Positions 17,401 through 25,677 of a stretch of DNA of 27,766 bases are shown here, piece after piece. The number at the start of each line of letters is the position of its first letter. Position 1 is the first letter of the stretch. Source of the stretch: a virus (Duplodnaviria > Caudoviricetes); IMG/VR virus record IMGVR_UViG_3300049135_000200, positions 1 through 27,766 of that record. One strand, written 5' to 3'. Under the pieces are notes generated by a model that was not told the origin of the DNA, ran no database searches, and saw only the letters and a list, made by a program, of their open reading frames with translations. The translations under genes were made by a program, and so were the position numbers.

Positions 17401-17652
17401 GGTCGCCGACGCCGCACGAGCCGCCAGCATCGCGGCAGGCATGGCGGCCACTGCCGCCGCCGCCGGAGCAGCAGCGGCGCCCAGCGCCGACACGCCACCG
17501 GCCAGCGTGGCGATGCCGCCCGCCTTCTTGGCGATGCCGGACATCCGCTCGACACTGGACGAAAGCTTGTCGGACTGGGCCGCGACCTTGGCGAACGTCT
17601 TCGAGACGCGCTCCCTGGCAACCAGGAAGAGCGAGACGGTACGACCAGCCAC
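14461..17652 (-). CDS. Tape measure protein with C-terminal NlpC/P60 peptidase domain
   Basis: 1063 aa, Ala/Lys-rich and helical, with roughly 11-residue-spaced Trp/Phe repeats (WNNVIKP), and PYSWGG...FDCSGL...GH NlpC/P60 motifs. Confidence 0.93.
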   Translation of the reverse strand: MAGRTVSLFLVARERVSKTFAKVAAQSDKLSSSVERMSGIAKKAGGIATLAGGVSALGAAAAPAAAAVAAMPAAMLAARAASATLKVGLMGVSDAMGAVAEGDAEALEKALKKLSPAARAFVKEAAGLQKAFKPVQQAVQERLFDGLAAQMGKAGGNLLPTIEKGMTGVAGSLNKVAKEAANVAQSKTFKGQLAKTFKGTTGIVNTLSGAIRPLVMSVLRLGNAGMPLAKRMAEWAKNGALAVNGFLKSKKGSDALKGAILSAGNTLASLGRIAKNIGVILFNTFKHAADPGEGLLSILERLTAKAAAWVKSAAGQEKIATIFQMFRDVLSSLATILPYLLGPLTAIAGLLSYLSPQVAGVVAKVLAFGLVAGVLGAKLFALIGVIKGVGGAFVTVWGLINKVMKGGPLGWILIAIGLLVAGLVLAYQKSETFRAIVQAAWQGIQQAVSVAWNNVIKPALEALRNFLVTEVMPKVLFLWNNVFKPVFSDIGLLVQTVWTNAIQPALSALWTFVKTYLGPAITWLYQNVVKPAFQFIGQIIGEVWNGVIKPLLQAWWYYVSKILVPVIMFLWKNVVAPVFKAIGAIISWAWNTIIQPLLKAWWAYVSKVLIPIIVWLWKNVISPAFKTIGNIIKTVWNGFIKPAFEGIKNGVKKVGDSFKTAADFIKKAWKKIEGYAKAPIKFVVNTVLNNGILRAWNFVASKFKLKPDDLHISLPKGFAKGGILPGYSRTDDQVIAARSGEGILVPEAVKSLGERFIHRANSLKGNAAKLLGVAGDPGGLGIPGFQDGGIVGGLQAFFGKAKDWFMDGVKNATKLVTEPILRSLESGMGDSPFAKMLAGVPRRMISGFLNWIDGKEDAISAGGGGTGGKAVAAARKQIGMPYSWGGGGPHGPSYGIGRGAGTYGFDCSGLTEYAWYQATKRSIGGTTYSQKGVLKRVSAPRPGDVGQPHPGHTYLMSAPGKMIEAPYTGAHVREVGMRSTPWWGRPPWVMDTGGVLGPGMSPPIYNGTGGPEYVLRPDQLAAVSGDTHIHLHGVIDSLSAAREIEKVLKKLKRTNGRTQLGIT

Positions 17653-18078
17653 CTACAACTCCTTGGCTCCAGGGCGGGGAAGCGCCCTCTTGCGGGCGGG
17701 CTTCTTGTCGGTGGGGTCGATCCCAGGCCGGGGGAAGGGCTTCGGCTCAGGGACGGGGTTCTTGCCGCGCGCGGTGTGGACAGCGCCGGTCAGGTACATC
17801 AGGCCCCGGAGGGTGTCCAAGATGGCCGCGAGCAGATGCCGGTCCAGGGTCCACTCGATGCGCTCGCCGCCCTCGCCGGGCAGGTACGCCGAGGTGGCGG
17901 CCTTCGTGGCGGAGTTGGCCGGGAGGCGGGACACCAGAACCCACAGGCGCCGCATGGACATGTCGCCGGTCAGGAACGCCGCGAACTGGTCGGCGTCGCG
18001 CGGGTAGAACCGCGCCAGGTCGGCCTCGACATCTTCGGAGTGCTCGCAGATCAGGCTTGCGAGCTGGGCAAGTTTCCC
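17653..18078 (-). CDS. Tail assembly chaperone, -1 frameshift extension (gpT-like)
   Basis: The -1 frame from the slippery site is open: KLAQLASLICEHSEDVEADLARFY...MSMRRLWVLVSRLP, through to the stop at 17653. Confidence 0.85.
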   Translation of the reverse strand, partial: GKLAQLASLICEHSEDVEADLARFYPRDADQFAAFLTGDMSMRRLWVLVSRLPANSATKAATSAYLPGEGGERIEWTLDRHLLAAILDTLRGLMYLTGAVHTARGKNPVPEPKPFPRPGIDPTDKKPARKRALPRPGAKEL

Positions 18079-18359
18079 AGGTCAACACCGGTGACGGCGA
18101 CGGTGAAGTCCTCGAAGAACTTGACGGTCTCGCGCTCTTCCAGCTCCAGTTCTTCGAGCTGGTCGGCCACCTCTTCGCCGAAGACCACGGTGATCGCGCC
18201 GAACAGGTCCTCGCGCTGCATGCAGCGCAGCACCTTCATGCGCTTGAACTTGCGGGGCACGTTCAGCGTCAGCTCGCCGACGACGATGGTCCGCTTGCCG
18301 TTGTTCGCCTCGGCCTCGGCGGCGTCCAGCTCTGGGGTGTCACCCGTGCTCTTGGTCAT
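18051..18359 (-). CDS. Tail assembly chaperone (gpG-like)
   Basis: ATG at 18359 (ATGA overlap, GAGAGG RBS); 102 aa acidic protein ending LGNLPSSQA, containing the slippery site. Confidence 0.85.
   Translation of the reverse strand: MTKSTGDTPELDAAEAEANNGKRTIVVGELTLNVPRKFKRMKVLRCMQREDLFGAITVVFGEEVADQLEELELEERETVKFFEDFTVAVTGVDLGNLPSSQA
18072..18078 (-). other. -1 ribosomal frameshift slippery sequence G GGA AAC
   Basis: X XXY YYZ pattern in the correct phase (CTG GGA AAC). Confidence 0.88.
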
Positions 18360-18856
18360 CCGTTTTCTACCTCTCTCGCGATGCGTTCGACAACGGATTG
18401 GGCCGCTCGGGCGGCCTCTTCCTCGGCGGGCCGGACGGCCTTGAAGAAGAAGGGGTGCGCGGACTGGGCGTACCAGCGCTCCGCGTCGCCGAAGAGGGGG
18501 TGACGCCACTGGCGGCGCCTGTTGGTGCCCTCCACGTAGGAGGGCAGCGACCCCTGGCGGTCTGGCATCTTCTTGCCGGACACGATGATCGACACCCCGG
18601 CGGCGCGGCCCCCGGTGGTGACCCGTAGGGCGGTCGCCTTCTGCAGGCGTTTGCGCAGCGTGACCCGCCCCCGGCGGGCGTTCTCACCCTTGGAGGGCAG
18701 CGTGGCGATGGCGCGGCGCACCGCCGGGACGAACGGCTTGGCGGTCTTGCGAAGCTCGGTGCGCAGCTCCTTGGCCAGCCGCTTGCCGTCGGCGTGCTTG
18801 CGCAGGTCCTTGGTGAGCTTGCGAAGGTCGTCGCCCTTGATCTCCAGCCGGGTCAT
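18356..18856 (-). CDS. Basic neck/tail completion protein (HK97 gp10-like)
   Basis: Start MTRLEIKG at 18856 (TGATG overlap); very basic; YVEGT...WRHPLFG...W...HPFFFKAV. Confidence 0.7.
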   Translation of the reverse strand: MTRLEIKGDDLRKLTKDLRKHADGKRLAKELRTELRKTAKPFVPAVRRAIATLPSKGENARRGRVTLRKRLQKATALRVTTGGRAAGVSIIVSGKKMPDRQGSLPSYVEGTNRRRQWRHPLFGDAERWYAQSAHPFFFKAVRPAEEEAARAAQSVVERIAREVENG

Positions 18857-19266
18857 CAGGCGACGGCGCGGGTCCAGGGTCCGGCGATCGGCCACGAGAC
18901 GGACCGGGTGGCCAGGTCGCCCACGCTGCCGTCGATCGGCGTCATCTCGTTGACCAGGACCGACCCCTCGTACTCGGGGTTGTCCGCGCCGACCACGCCC
19001 GCATCCGGCCTGATGACGACGTTGACCGTCTGGCCCCACAGGGCCCACAGGCTCTCGTCCAGGCTGTTGTCATCGAAGTCGTTGACGAACTCGATGTCGA
19101 GCGAGCCGTCCTTGAGCCCCATGATCCGGGACCGGAAACCGTTGCCACCGAAGGTGGTCGTCTCGACGTCCTCGCCTTCGAGGTTCAGCGTCACGCTGGT
19201 GGCCTTGTTCGACCAGTCCACCGCATTGATTTCGATATAGGCGTTAACGAAAACCATCGCCGCCAT
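18856..19266 (-). CDS. Major tail (tube) protein
   Basis: ATG at 19266 after a GAGGAG RBS; 136 aa acidic and beta-rich; EDVETTTFG...GLKDGSLDIEF, NPEYEGSVLV, GSVGDLAT. Confidence 0.82.
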   Translation of the reverse strand: MAAMVFVNAYIEINAVDWSNKATSVTLNLEGEDVETTTFGGNGFRSRIMGLKDGSLDIEFVNDFDDNSLDESLWALWGQTVNVVIRPDAGVVGADNPEYEGSVLVNEMTPIDGSVGDLATRSVSWPIAGPWTRAVA

Positions 19267-19283
19267 GCGTGTCTCCTCATAGC

Positions 19284-19348
19284 AAAGGCCGCCCCGAAGG
19301 ACGGCCTGAGGTGCGGAAATGAAAAAGCCGCCCCGGTCGGGACGGCCT
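19284..19348 (-). terminator. Two tandem related hairpins; the first is terminator-like
   Basis: Minus strand GCCGTCCC-GACC-GGGGCGGC-TTTTT, then AGGCCGTCC-TTCG-GGGCGGCCT-TTG. Confidence 0.7.
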
Positions 19349-19355
19349 GGTGGTG

Positions 19356-20072
19356 CTACTGAACGGCGATGGCTCCGGCGACCTCGAAGGTCCCTGTCAC
19401 TGCCGAGACGTTGAGACGCCAGTGGCTTTCGCCGACGAACGGTCCGGCGACGCGGGCCAGCCAGAACCCGCCCTCGGTCGTGACGGCCGGGAAGGTGGCC
19501 CGTACGGTCGGCGTGGCGAACGTGCTGTTGGTGTCGGACTGGACCTGCACGGTCAGTGTCGTTCCGGCGTCGAAGACGTGCAGGGAGGCGTAGACGTACT
19601 GGCCGGAGGTGGGGGCGGTCAGCTCGACGACGCTGCCCAGCGCGCCGGTGGCGCTCACGGTGCCCTTGGCCTTGGCGAGCTTGCCGCGCACGACGCCGAG
19701 GGTGTTGGAGCTCATCATCGAGATGCTGAAGGGGATCAGCTCGCCGACGGAGCCGCCGATCTCGTAGGAGAACTGGCCCGCCTGGTAGAAGTAGGCCGGG
19801 CCGCCCTCCACGCCGGTCGGGGAGACGGTGACAACGCGGTTGGTCTTGCCGAAGCCCTCCCACATCGCCTCATCGACGGGGCCACTCCAGAACCCGGCGT
19901 GCTCGCTGGACACCTCGCGCAGTCCCATCACTCGCTGCCGGAAGCCATTACCTCCGAACGTGGTGGCGTCCAGATCTTCGCCCTCGGCGTTGAGCGTGAT
20001 GTTGTTGCTCTGCGTCGTGTAGTCGAAGCCGTGGATCCACGTCGTAGCGTCTGTGAAGACCAGGGCGGGCAT
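19356..20072 (-). CDS. Tail tube paralog with an extra C-terminal beta domain
   Basis: The N-terminal 130 aa or so align by eye with the downstream tube protein (TLNAEGEDLDATTFGGNGFRQRVMGL, GSVGEL); about 100 aa extension. Confidence 0.8.
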   Translation of the reverse strand: MPALVFTDATTWIHGFDYTTQSNNITLNAEGEDLDATTFGGNGFRQRVMGLREVSSEHAGFWSGPVDEAMWEGFGKTNRVVTVSPTGVEGGPAYFYQAGQFSYEIGGSVGELIPFSISMMSSNTLGVVRGKLAKAKGTVSATGALGSVVELTAPTSGQYVYASLHVFDAGTTLTVQVQSDTNSTFATPTVRATFPAVTTEGGFWLARVAGPFVGESHWRLNVSAVTGTFEVAGAIAVQ

Positions 20073-20290
20073 CAGCTCTTAGCCTTCCGCCCAGCGCTCT
20101 TCTCGGAGGCCGCCACAGGGTCGGGGTCGCCCTCGGGGACCTTGTCGATCGCCTCGACCTGGCCGGTCTCGACCAGGATGCGGATGTTGTACCTGTCGGG
20201 ATCCAGCTCGACGGTGTTGGGCGCCTCGACGCCCGCGACCGCGTTTGGCCCGATGACCTTGACCTTCACGGTGTCCTTGGACTTGGCCAC
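20072..20290 (-). CDS. Small phage protein
   Basis: 72 aa, GAGGAG RBS, GTG start, overlaps the next start. Confidence 0.7.
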   Translation of the reverse strand: MAKSKDTVKVKVIGPNAVAGVEAPNTVELDPDRYNIRILVETGQVEAIDKVPEGDPDPVAASEKSAGRKAKS

Positions 20291-20300
20291 GGGAAACTCC

Positions 20301-20720
20301 TCAGATTCCGGATGCGTAGATGCGCAGCGAGAACTCGCCGACGTACATGGGGACCCCGCCGACGTCCTGGCGGCCGAAGGGGCGAAAGGTGGTGACGATG
20401 CAGTCGCTCACCGCGCCACCCAGCCGCCGATCCGCCTCAACGGCGCGCACGACCGAGCTGCCACCTGCGGGATTGCCGTAGGCGGCCAGGGCCAGCTGAC
20501 CGGTGCGGTCATCGACCGAGGTGACGAAGACCTGCACGCCCAGGGATAGCTCGGCCAGGCCGCGCCCCATCGCGGTGTGGTAGTCGACGACCTCGGGCAT
20601 GCCGACGGCCGCGTGCGGCGGGTTGATCTGGTCGGGCGTGTAGAACGACACGCGCAGGCCGCTGATCGTGCGCAGGCGGGTGGCGACGCCCTCCATCACG
20701 GCCTCGAAGGTGAAGGCCAT
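20301..20720 (-). CDS. Tail terminator-like protein
   Basis: Start MAFTFEAV at 20720 (TGATG overlap); RLRTISGLRV...PDQINPP...AVEADRRLGG; expected position in the operon. Confidence 0.7.
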   Translation of the reverse strand: MAFTFEAVMEGVATRLRTISGLRVSFYTPDQINPPHAAVGMPEVVDYHTAMGRGLAELSLGVQVFVTSVDDRTGQLALAAYGNPAGGSSVVRAVEADRRLGGAVSDCIVTTFRPFGRQDVGGVPMYVGEFSLRIYASGI

Positions 20721-21337
20721 CAGGCGACCAGCACCGTGGCGGAGGCGAGCTGATAGGGCTCCAGCAGGGCCACGACGAGGGCGTTCTCCCGCACTCGCAT
20801 GGGTGCGGCGAACTCGCTGGTGCCGCCGGTCACGCCGAACGCGGCGTCCTTCAGCTTGAACAGGTCGGTGGCCAGCGCCAGCGTGGCCGACTTGATCGGA
20901 GGCGGAACCGCCTCCCAGCCGTACTTCGCGGTGATGCGCACGCGGGCCTGACGGCTGCACGGGAAGCTGTAGGTGCTGGCGTAGATCTCGGAGTAGGGCC
21001 AGCCGGAGACGCCGTCCACGGTGCCGTTCAGCGGCTCCAGGACGTAGTCATCGCTGGCCCAGGTGGTGGCGAATCCGCCGTCCCCGGCGGTATCCACCTC
21101 CACCACCAGGCCATCGGTGGTCCAGATGTCCGACACCGCGAGCCGACCGGATCGTGAGGGCCGATACAGCTGCGGGACCGCGACGTCGGCCCGGTTGAAC
21201 TGGCGGTGACACCAGTTCTCGACGTGCCGGGAGGCGGCATCCAGGGCGCGGGTCAGCTCGGCGTCGTTACGCGAGTCGGTCAGCGACAGGGACGCCTTCA
21301 GCTCGTCCAGGTCGGCATACGGGTCGCCCAGGGCCAC
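20720..21337 (-). CDS. Head-to-tail adaptor (gp6/gp15-like)
   Basis: YADLDELKASL...AASRHVENWCHRQF...VRITAKYGWEAVPPPIKSATL. Confidence 0.85.
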   Translation of the reverse strand: MALGDPYADLDELKASLSLTDSRNDAELTRALDAASRHVENWCHRQFNRADVAVPQLYRPSRSGRLAVSDIWTTDGLVVEVDTAGDGGFATTWASDDYVLEPLNGTVDGVSGWPYSEIYASTYSFPCSRQARVRITAKYGWEAVPPPIKSATLALATDLFKLKDAAFGVTGGTSEFAAPMRVRENALVVALLEPYQLASATVLVA

Positions 21338-21357
21338 CGTGCTCTCCCTCGTTGCAG

Positions 21358-21397
21358 CAGGAAGGGCCGGAGAGCAGTGCTCGTCCGGCCCTTCCTG
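21358..21397 (-). terminator. Strong hairpin after the head genes (terminator or mRNA stabiliser)
   Basis: CAGGAAGGGCCGGA / TCCGGCCCTTCCTG, 14 bp perfect arms; no U-tract. Confidence 0.6.
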
Positions 21398-21411
21398 GGG
21401 GTCTGGTGGGG

Positions 21412-21660
21412 CTACTTGGCCTTGTCGCCGCCGCGCTTGGCGGCCTTGTCCTCACCGGGCACGGCCTGCTTGCCCTGCTCGTCCTGGACCTCGGCGTCGG
21501 GCTCGGCCTCGGGCTCCTCGGCGCTCAGCGAGCGGACCTTGTCCTCGTCCTTGGGCTCGACCTCATCGCCGGGGGCGTAGGCGAGGGTGGCCGCCTTCGG
21601 GTTCTCAGCGGCGACCAGCTCGCCGTCAGCGGTCTTCCAGATGTGGCATTCGGCCTGCAT
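21412..21660 (-). CDS. Small acidic head-associated protein
   Basis: 82 aa, AAGGAGAG RBS, charged low-complexity C-terminus typical of genes following the capsid gene. Confidence 0.75.
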   Translation of the reverse strand: MQAECHIWKTADGELVAAENPKAATLAYAPGDEVEPKDEDKVRSLSAEEPEAEPDAEVQDEQGKQAVPGEDKAAKRGGDKAK

Positions 21661-21675
21661 GGTGTTCTCTCCTTG

Positions 21676-22083
21676 CTAGTCGGGAACGACGACGTAGAAC
21701 AGGACGACATCGAAAACGCCCGCCGTCAGGGCGGCCGTGGCGACCGTGGCCGTGACCTTGCGGGTGGTGGTCGTCTTGACCATGGCCGACCCGGTGAAGT
21801 CGGGAACGATGTCCTTGCGGCCGGTGCTCGACCAGGGGGCGCCGGAGATCGCGGCAGCGGCCACAATGTCGCCCGCCCCCTCGATCTTGACCGCCACGGT
21901 GGCCGACCCGCCGGAGGTTGGCACGGTGTCCACCTCCAGGAAGCCGCCGATCACCACGGCGTTGGCCGGGAGGTTGGCGCTCAGCTCGATGTCGCCGACG
22001 GCACCGCCGTCCACGGCGAAGTCGTAACGTCCACGGATGGCCTTGATGGACCCGACCGACGGGTACCCGCCCGAGTAAGGCAT
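21676..22083 (-). CDS. Probable capsid decoration/cement protein
   Basis: 135 aa beta-rich Ala/Val/Thr protein (LPANAVVIGG...LTAGVFDVVLFY) directly after the major capsid gene. Confidence 0.65.
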   Translation of the reverse strand: MPYSGGYPSVGSIKAIRGRYDFAVDGGAVGDIELSANLPANAVVIGGFLEVDTVPTSGGSATVAVKIEGAGDIVAAAAISGAPWSSTGRKDIVPDFTGSAMVKTTTTRKVTATVATAALTAGVFDVVLFYVVVPD

Positions 22084-22099
22084 GACATGTTCTCCCTGA

Positions 22100-23326
22100 T
22101 CAGACGCTGGTAACGGTGCTGAACGCGGACGGCCGATAGATCACCAGAGCGGCCCGAAGGTCAGCCCTGATCGCCTGCTGGCCGGACGTGAACAGATCCG
22201 CGTGGCTGTTGGAGATCTGCACGTCGATGCCACGCCGGGTGGCCAGCTCCGAGAAGTTCTGGAAGTCGCCGACCAGGGCGGTGTTCTCGGTGAGCGCCTG
22301 GGCCTCGACCACGGGCAGGCCCCACATGCGCGGCGTTCCGGCCTCCGAGGGCGAGCCGTAGAGGTAGATGCCGTCGGTGGTGCGCAGCAGGCGGACGTCC
22401 TGCCAGTCCATCGGGTTCATCACGATGGCGTTCGGCACGGCCTGGCCGTTGACGCGGACCTTCACCAGCGCCCGGTAGATGGCGTTCAGCGAGTTGTCCG
22501 TACCGCCGCCCACGGCCTCGGTCTGGATGCCCGTGGTGTTGAGGATGCCGCGCAGGTTCGGCGCGGTGCCCGACCCGGTGAGAATCTGAGCGTCGAGCCG
22601 CTGGCGGACCATGAACGGGAGCCGGTTGTTGATGTAGCCCCGGATCTGCGGCACGTCTTCCAGCTGCTCGTCCGTGACCGGCAGCCACACACCGATCTTG
22701 CGGACCGGGCTGGTCCGCTCGGTGAAGACCAGCGCAGCCTCGGGGTACGCGCCACCCTCAGAGATGGCGGCGGCGTTGTTCGTGAAGGTCGTCTCCTCCA
22801 TGAACGTAATGGCGGTCTGCGTGGTCGTGGTGGACGGGATGATGTCCGCGACCTGAAGCGGCGTGGTGATGAAGTCGACCACGCGCGGGCCGCGCGTGGT
22901 CTCCGGTGCCCAGCCGGAACCGGTCTCCAGCAGCGCCTTCAGCTCGACATCCAGGCGGGCCTCAGGGCCGACAGCGCCCTGCTTGCCCTTGAACGCCTTG
23001 GACTCGATGAACATGTCCGCGAAGGACTTGGCCTGACGCGTGGATCCGCCCGGCTCAGCGCCGGGCTCGACGTTCTGGGAGTCGCGCTGCCGGGAGCGCT
23101 CGGCGGCCTTGGCCACGTCCTGAAGCGCCTCGATCTTGGTGCCCAGCTCGTCCATCTCGGCGTTCTTGGCCCGGATCCATTCGATCTTGGCCTGACTGTC
23201 GCCGTCCAGGGACTTGATCTGGCCCATGTCCATCTCGGGACCGGCCTCGGCGAAGACGTCGTTGAGCGCCTTCTGGGCAGCGTGAAGCTTGCCCTGAGCT
23301 TCCGTCAGGGCAGGGAATGCCGTCAT
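22100..23326 (-). CDS. HK97-fold major capsid protein with N-terminal delta domain
   Basis: Coiled-coil N-terminus; EGGAYPE, VRKIGVWLPVTDEQLED, ILTGSGTAPNLRGI, MNPMDW, WGLPVV, LVGDF. Confidence 0.95.
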   Translation of the reverse strand: MTAFPALTEAQGKLHAAQKALNDVFAEAGPEMDMGQIKSLDGDSQAKIEWIRAKNAEMDELGTKIEALQDVAKAAERSRQRDSQNVEPGAEPGGSTRQAKSFADMFIESKAFKGKQGAVGPEARLDVELKALLETGSGWAPETTRGPRVVDFITTPLQVADIIPSTTTTQTAITFMEETTFTNNAAAISEGGAYPEAALVFTERTSPVRKIGVWLPVTDEQLEDVPQIRGYINNRLPFMVRQRLDAQILTGSGTAPNLRGILNTTGIQTEAVGGGTDNSLNAIYRALVKVRVNGQAVPNAIVMNPMDWQDVRLLRTTDGIYLYGSPSEAGTPRMWGLPVVEAQALTENTALVGDFQNFSELATRRGIDVQISNSHADLFTSGQQAIRADLRAALVIYRPSAFSTVTSV

Positions 23327-23352
23327 GGCGGTTTCTCCTGGTATGCGCGGCG

Positions 23353-24069
23353 CTACGCCGCGTGAGTCTTAGCGAGATAGCGCAGGTACTCGCGCTGAAG
23401 CTCGCTCGTGATGTCCGGGGCGGTGTCGCTGGTCAGCAGGCCGGAGAGCTTCTTCAGCTCCGCCTCGACCAGTTCCAGCAGGGCCACCGAATCGGCGCCC
23501 AGCCCCTTGCCCTTCTCGCGCCGCTTCGCCATGACGTCGGCAGCGCGCTCGGTGAGGGACGCCACGGCGGCCACGACCGCCTGGGCTTCCTCGCCGAACT
23601 TCAGGGGATCGGCGCTCTTCACCGCGAGGGTGCGTGTGCCGATTCCAGCCCCCAGCAAAACTGGGGAGACCTCGTGGATCTTGGACTTCTCCAGGATGCG
23701 GACGCGGTCCTCGCCGCGCTCCTCGTAGGAGAAATCCTCGATGTCGAACCCGTAGCTCCACTCCTGGAGGGAGCCCATCTCCTTGACCACCTCGAACGTG
23801 TCCCGTCCGGCGGCGGTCTGAAGAAAGAAGCGGCCCTCCAAGATGGCCTCGGTGTCTGTGACGCGGACGACGCCCTTGCCGACGGGCAGCGCGCCCTCCC
23901 AGGACTTGTGCTGGTAGGCGCTGATGCGCACGGGGGCGCCATCCTCGAACGCCGTCGGCAGAGTCAGGTCGCCATCTTTGTCGATCTTCCCAAAGGTGGA
24001 GAAAACCGCCGACACCTCACCCTTGGCGGCATCCTTGATCTCGACCTGGCCCAGGCTCTTAGTGATCAT
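23353..24069 (-). CDS. HK97-family prohead protease
   Basis: DKDGD...AF, YQH, WSYGF and HEVSPVLLGA motifs; lies between portal and capsid. Confidence 0.9.
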   Translation of the reverse strand: MITKSLGQVEIKDAAKGEVSAVFSTFGKIDKDGDLTLPTAFEDGAPVRISAYQHKSWEGALPVGKGVVRVTDTEAILEGRFFLQTAAGRDTFEVVKEMGSLQEWSYGFDIEDFSYEERGEDRVRILEKSKIHEVSPVLLGAGIGTRTLAVKSADPLKFGEEAQAVVAAVASLTERAADVMAKRREKGKGLGADSVALLELVEAELKKLSGLLTSDTAPDITSELQREYLRYLAKTHAA

Positions 24070-25472
24070 TCGCTCTGCTCCGTTGCGGGCTCGGTGGGTT
24101 CGTCATCAGGGCCCGCATCGGGGGCCGGGGCAGTCTGTGCGTCCTGGAGCTGGACCGACCGGACACCGGAATCGACCAGCAACGTCTCGTCGTCAGCCGC
24201 CACGGCGTCCCGCGCCGAGTCGAGCGTGTAGCCGATCTCGGCGTACTGGCGGATCGTCTGAGCACGGGTGAAGGCGATCTCGGCGGCGTCCTTGCGGTCC
24301 TCACGCAGGAACGCGATGTCGCGCTCGTCGATCCACAGCTCGGCGTCGGCAGGCACATCGACCAGCCGCGCGAGCGACCCGGCGATATTGCGCCACAGGG
24401 GTCGCATCGTGCCGTCAGCGAACCGGCGGCGGGCGGCGGCGTAGTTGCCCTGGTTGAGCGAGGATCCCTGAAGGCCCTCGGAGAAGCCCACGATGACCGG
24501 CGGCACCCCGGCCGCCGAAGCCAGGCGCGTCTCACCGCCGCCCTGCAGCGCCTTGAAATCCAGGTCCCGGAAGTTGAACGTGAGCGGCTTGACGTCGGCT
24601 CCGCCGCCAATGATGAGCGGCTTGTGCGCGTTGTCGGTGCCCTGATGGGCCTCCAGGAACGCCTCGACGAACTCGGTGAACGCGGCGGGCTTCACCGAGG
24701 CATCCAGGGAGATGGACAGGTTCGGCGTGGCCGCGTTGGAGAAGAACTTCAGCTTGTGCTTGGTCGTGGCGTTGTCAGCGGTGATCTCCCGCAGAACCGG
24801 CGTCAGCCAACTCATGCCGCGCCAGTTGAACTCGGGGTCCGGGATCGGCGCGAAGTGGGCGACCTGCTCAGGAAGCAGGATCGTCGGCTCCACGCGCCCG
24901 GCCACGCGCGGCTCGTAGACGTAGGCCACGACGCGGGCGTCCAGCGCAGCGCCACCCAGGGGCGACGAGGGGTCGCTGGCCGACTCGGAGATGATGGTGA
25001 CCCAGTCCGGCCGCAGCAGCCGCAGCCGCTCGCCGTACTGATCCTTGACCTTGGTGACGTAGGCGTTCCCGGCCAGGTCCGCGTGGGCGATGATGCGAGC
25101 CAGCAGGTCACCGGTGGTGCCGCCCGGCCACGGATTCTCCAGCAGGTTCAGGGCGGGCGTGCCGAACAGCTTGCCGCCACGGCCGTGACGCAGCTGACGG
25201 AACTGAAAGCGCGCCTCGGAGAAGATCTGCAGGCGGACCAGCATGAGCGAGAACACCGGGCCGTTGCCCTTGAACGCTCCGGACAGGTAGCCCTCGAAGT
25301 CGTTCTCGATGGTCTCTTCGTTGTAGGCCAGCGAGGTCGGAGACAGCCAGTTGTAGCGGGCGCGCTGCAGGTCCCAGAACGGCGAGTCCGCCCACGGGCC
25401 AGAGCTGGTGTGCCCGTTGATGGTCAGCCCCTTGCGGCCAAGGCGCTGGCTGGCGCGCTGGAGAAGGTTCAC
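24066..25472 (-). CDS. Portal protein (HK97 family)
   Basis: LAGNAY, LRPDWV, GMSWL, FFSNAATP and AGVPPVIVG motifs. Confidence 0.93.
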   Translation of the reverse strand: MNLLQRASQRLGRKGLTINGHTSSGPWADSPFWDLQRARYNWLSPTSLAYNEETIENDFEGYLSGAFKGNGPVFSLMLVRLQIFSEARFQFRQLRHGRGGKLFGTPALNLLENPWPGGTTGDLLARIIAHADLAGNAYVTKVKDQYGERLRLLRPDWVTIISESASDPSSPLGGAALDARVVAYVYEPRVAGRVEPTILLPEQVAHFAPIPDPEFNWRGMSWLTPVLREITADNATTKHKLKFFSNAATPNLSISLDASVKPAAFTEFVEAFLEAHQGTDNAHKPLIIGGGADVKPLTFNFRDLDFKALQGGGETRLASAAGVPPVIVGFSEGLQGSSLNQGNYAAARRRFADGTMRPLWRNIAGSLARLVDVPADAELWIDERDIAFLREDRKDAAEIAFTRAQTIRQYAEIGYTLDSARDAVAADDETLLVDSGVRSVQLQDAQTAPAPDAGPDDEPTEPATEQSE

Positions 25473-25666
25473 GGGGCGAGCTCCTCATCAACGCCAGGCG
25501 GCGGGGCGTCGACATCCACCAGTAGGACGGATCCGACGAGAACGGCGACGCCCGAGGCGATCAGAGCCGCAGGGATCCCGGCGAGCAGGTACAGGCCGAC
25601 GACGATCAGGACGGCCCCGACGATGAACCCCACCGACGCCCGGTCGAGCTTGAACAGCGTGATCAC
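25469..25666 (-). CDS. Small two-TM membrane protein
   Basis: 65 aa with two hydrophobic helices, between terL and portal; GTGA overlap with portal. Confidence 0.7.
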   Translation of the reverse strand: MITLFKLDRASVGFIVGAVLIVVGLYLLAGIPAALIASGVAVLVGSVLLVDVDAPPPGVDEELAP

Positions 25667-25677
25667 CCGGTTTCAGG

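Noticed and set aside
25469-25666. Holin
   Set aside because: The two-TM topology fits, but there is no adjacent endolysin and small membrane genes are common at this position; left unassigned.
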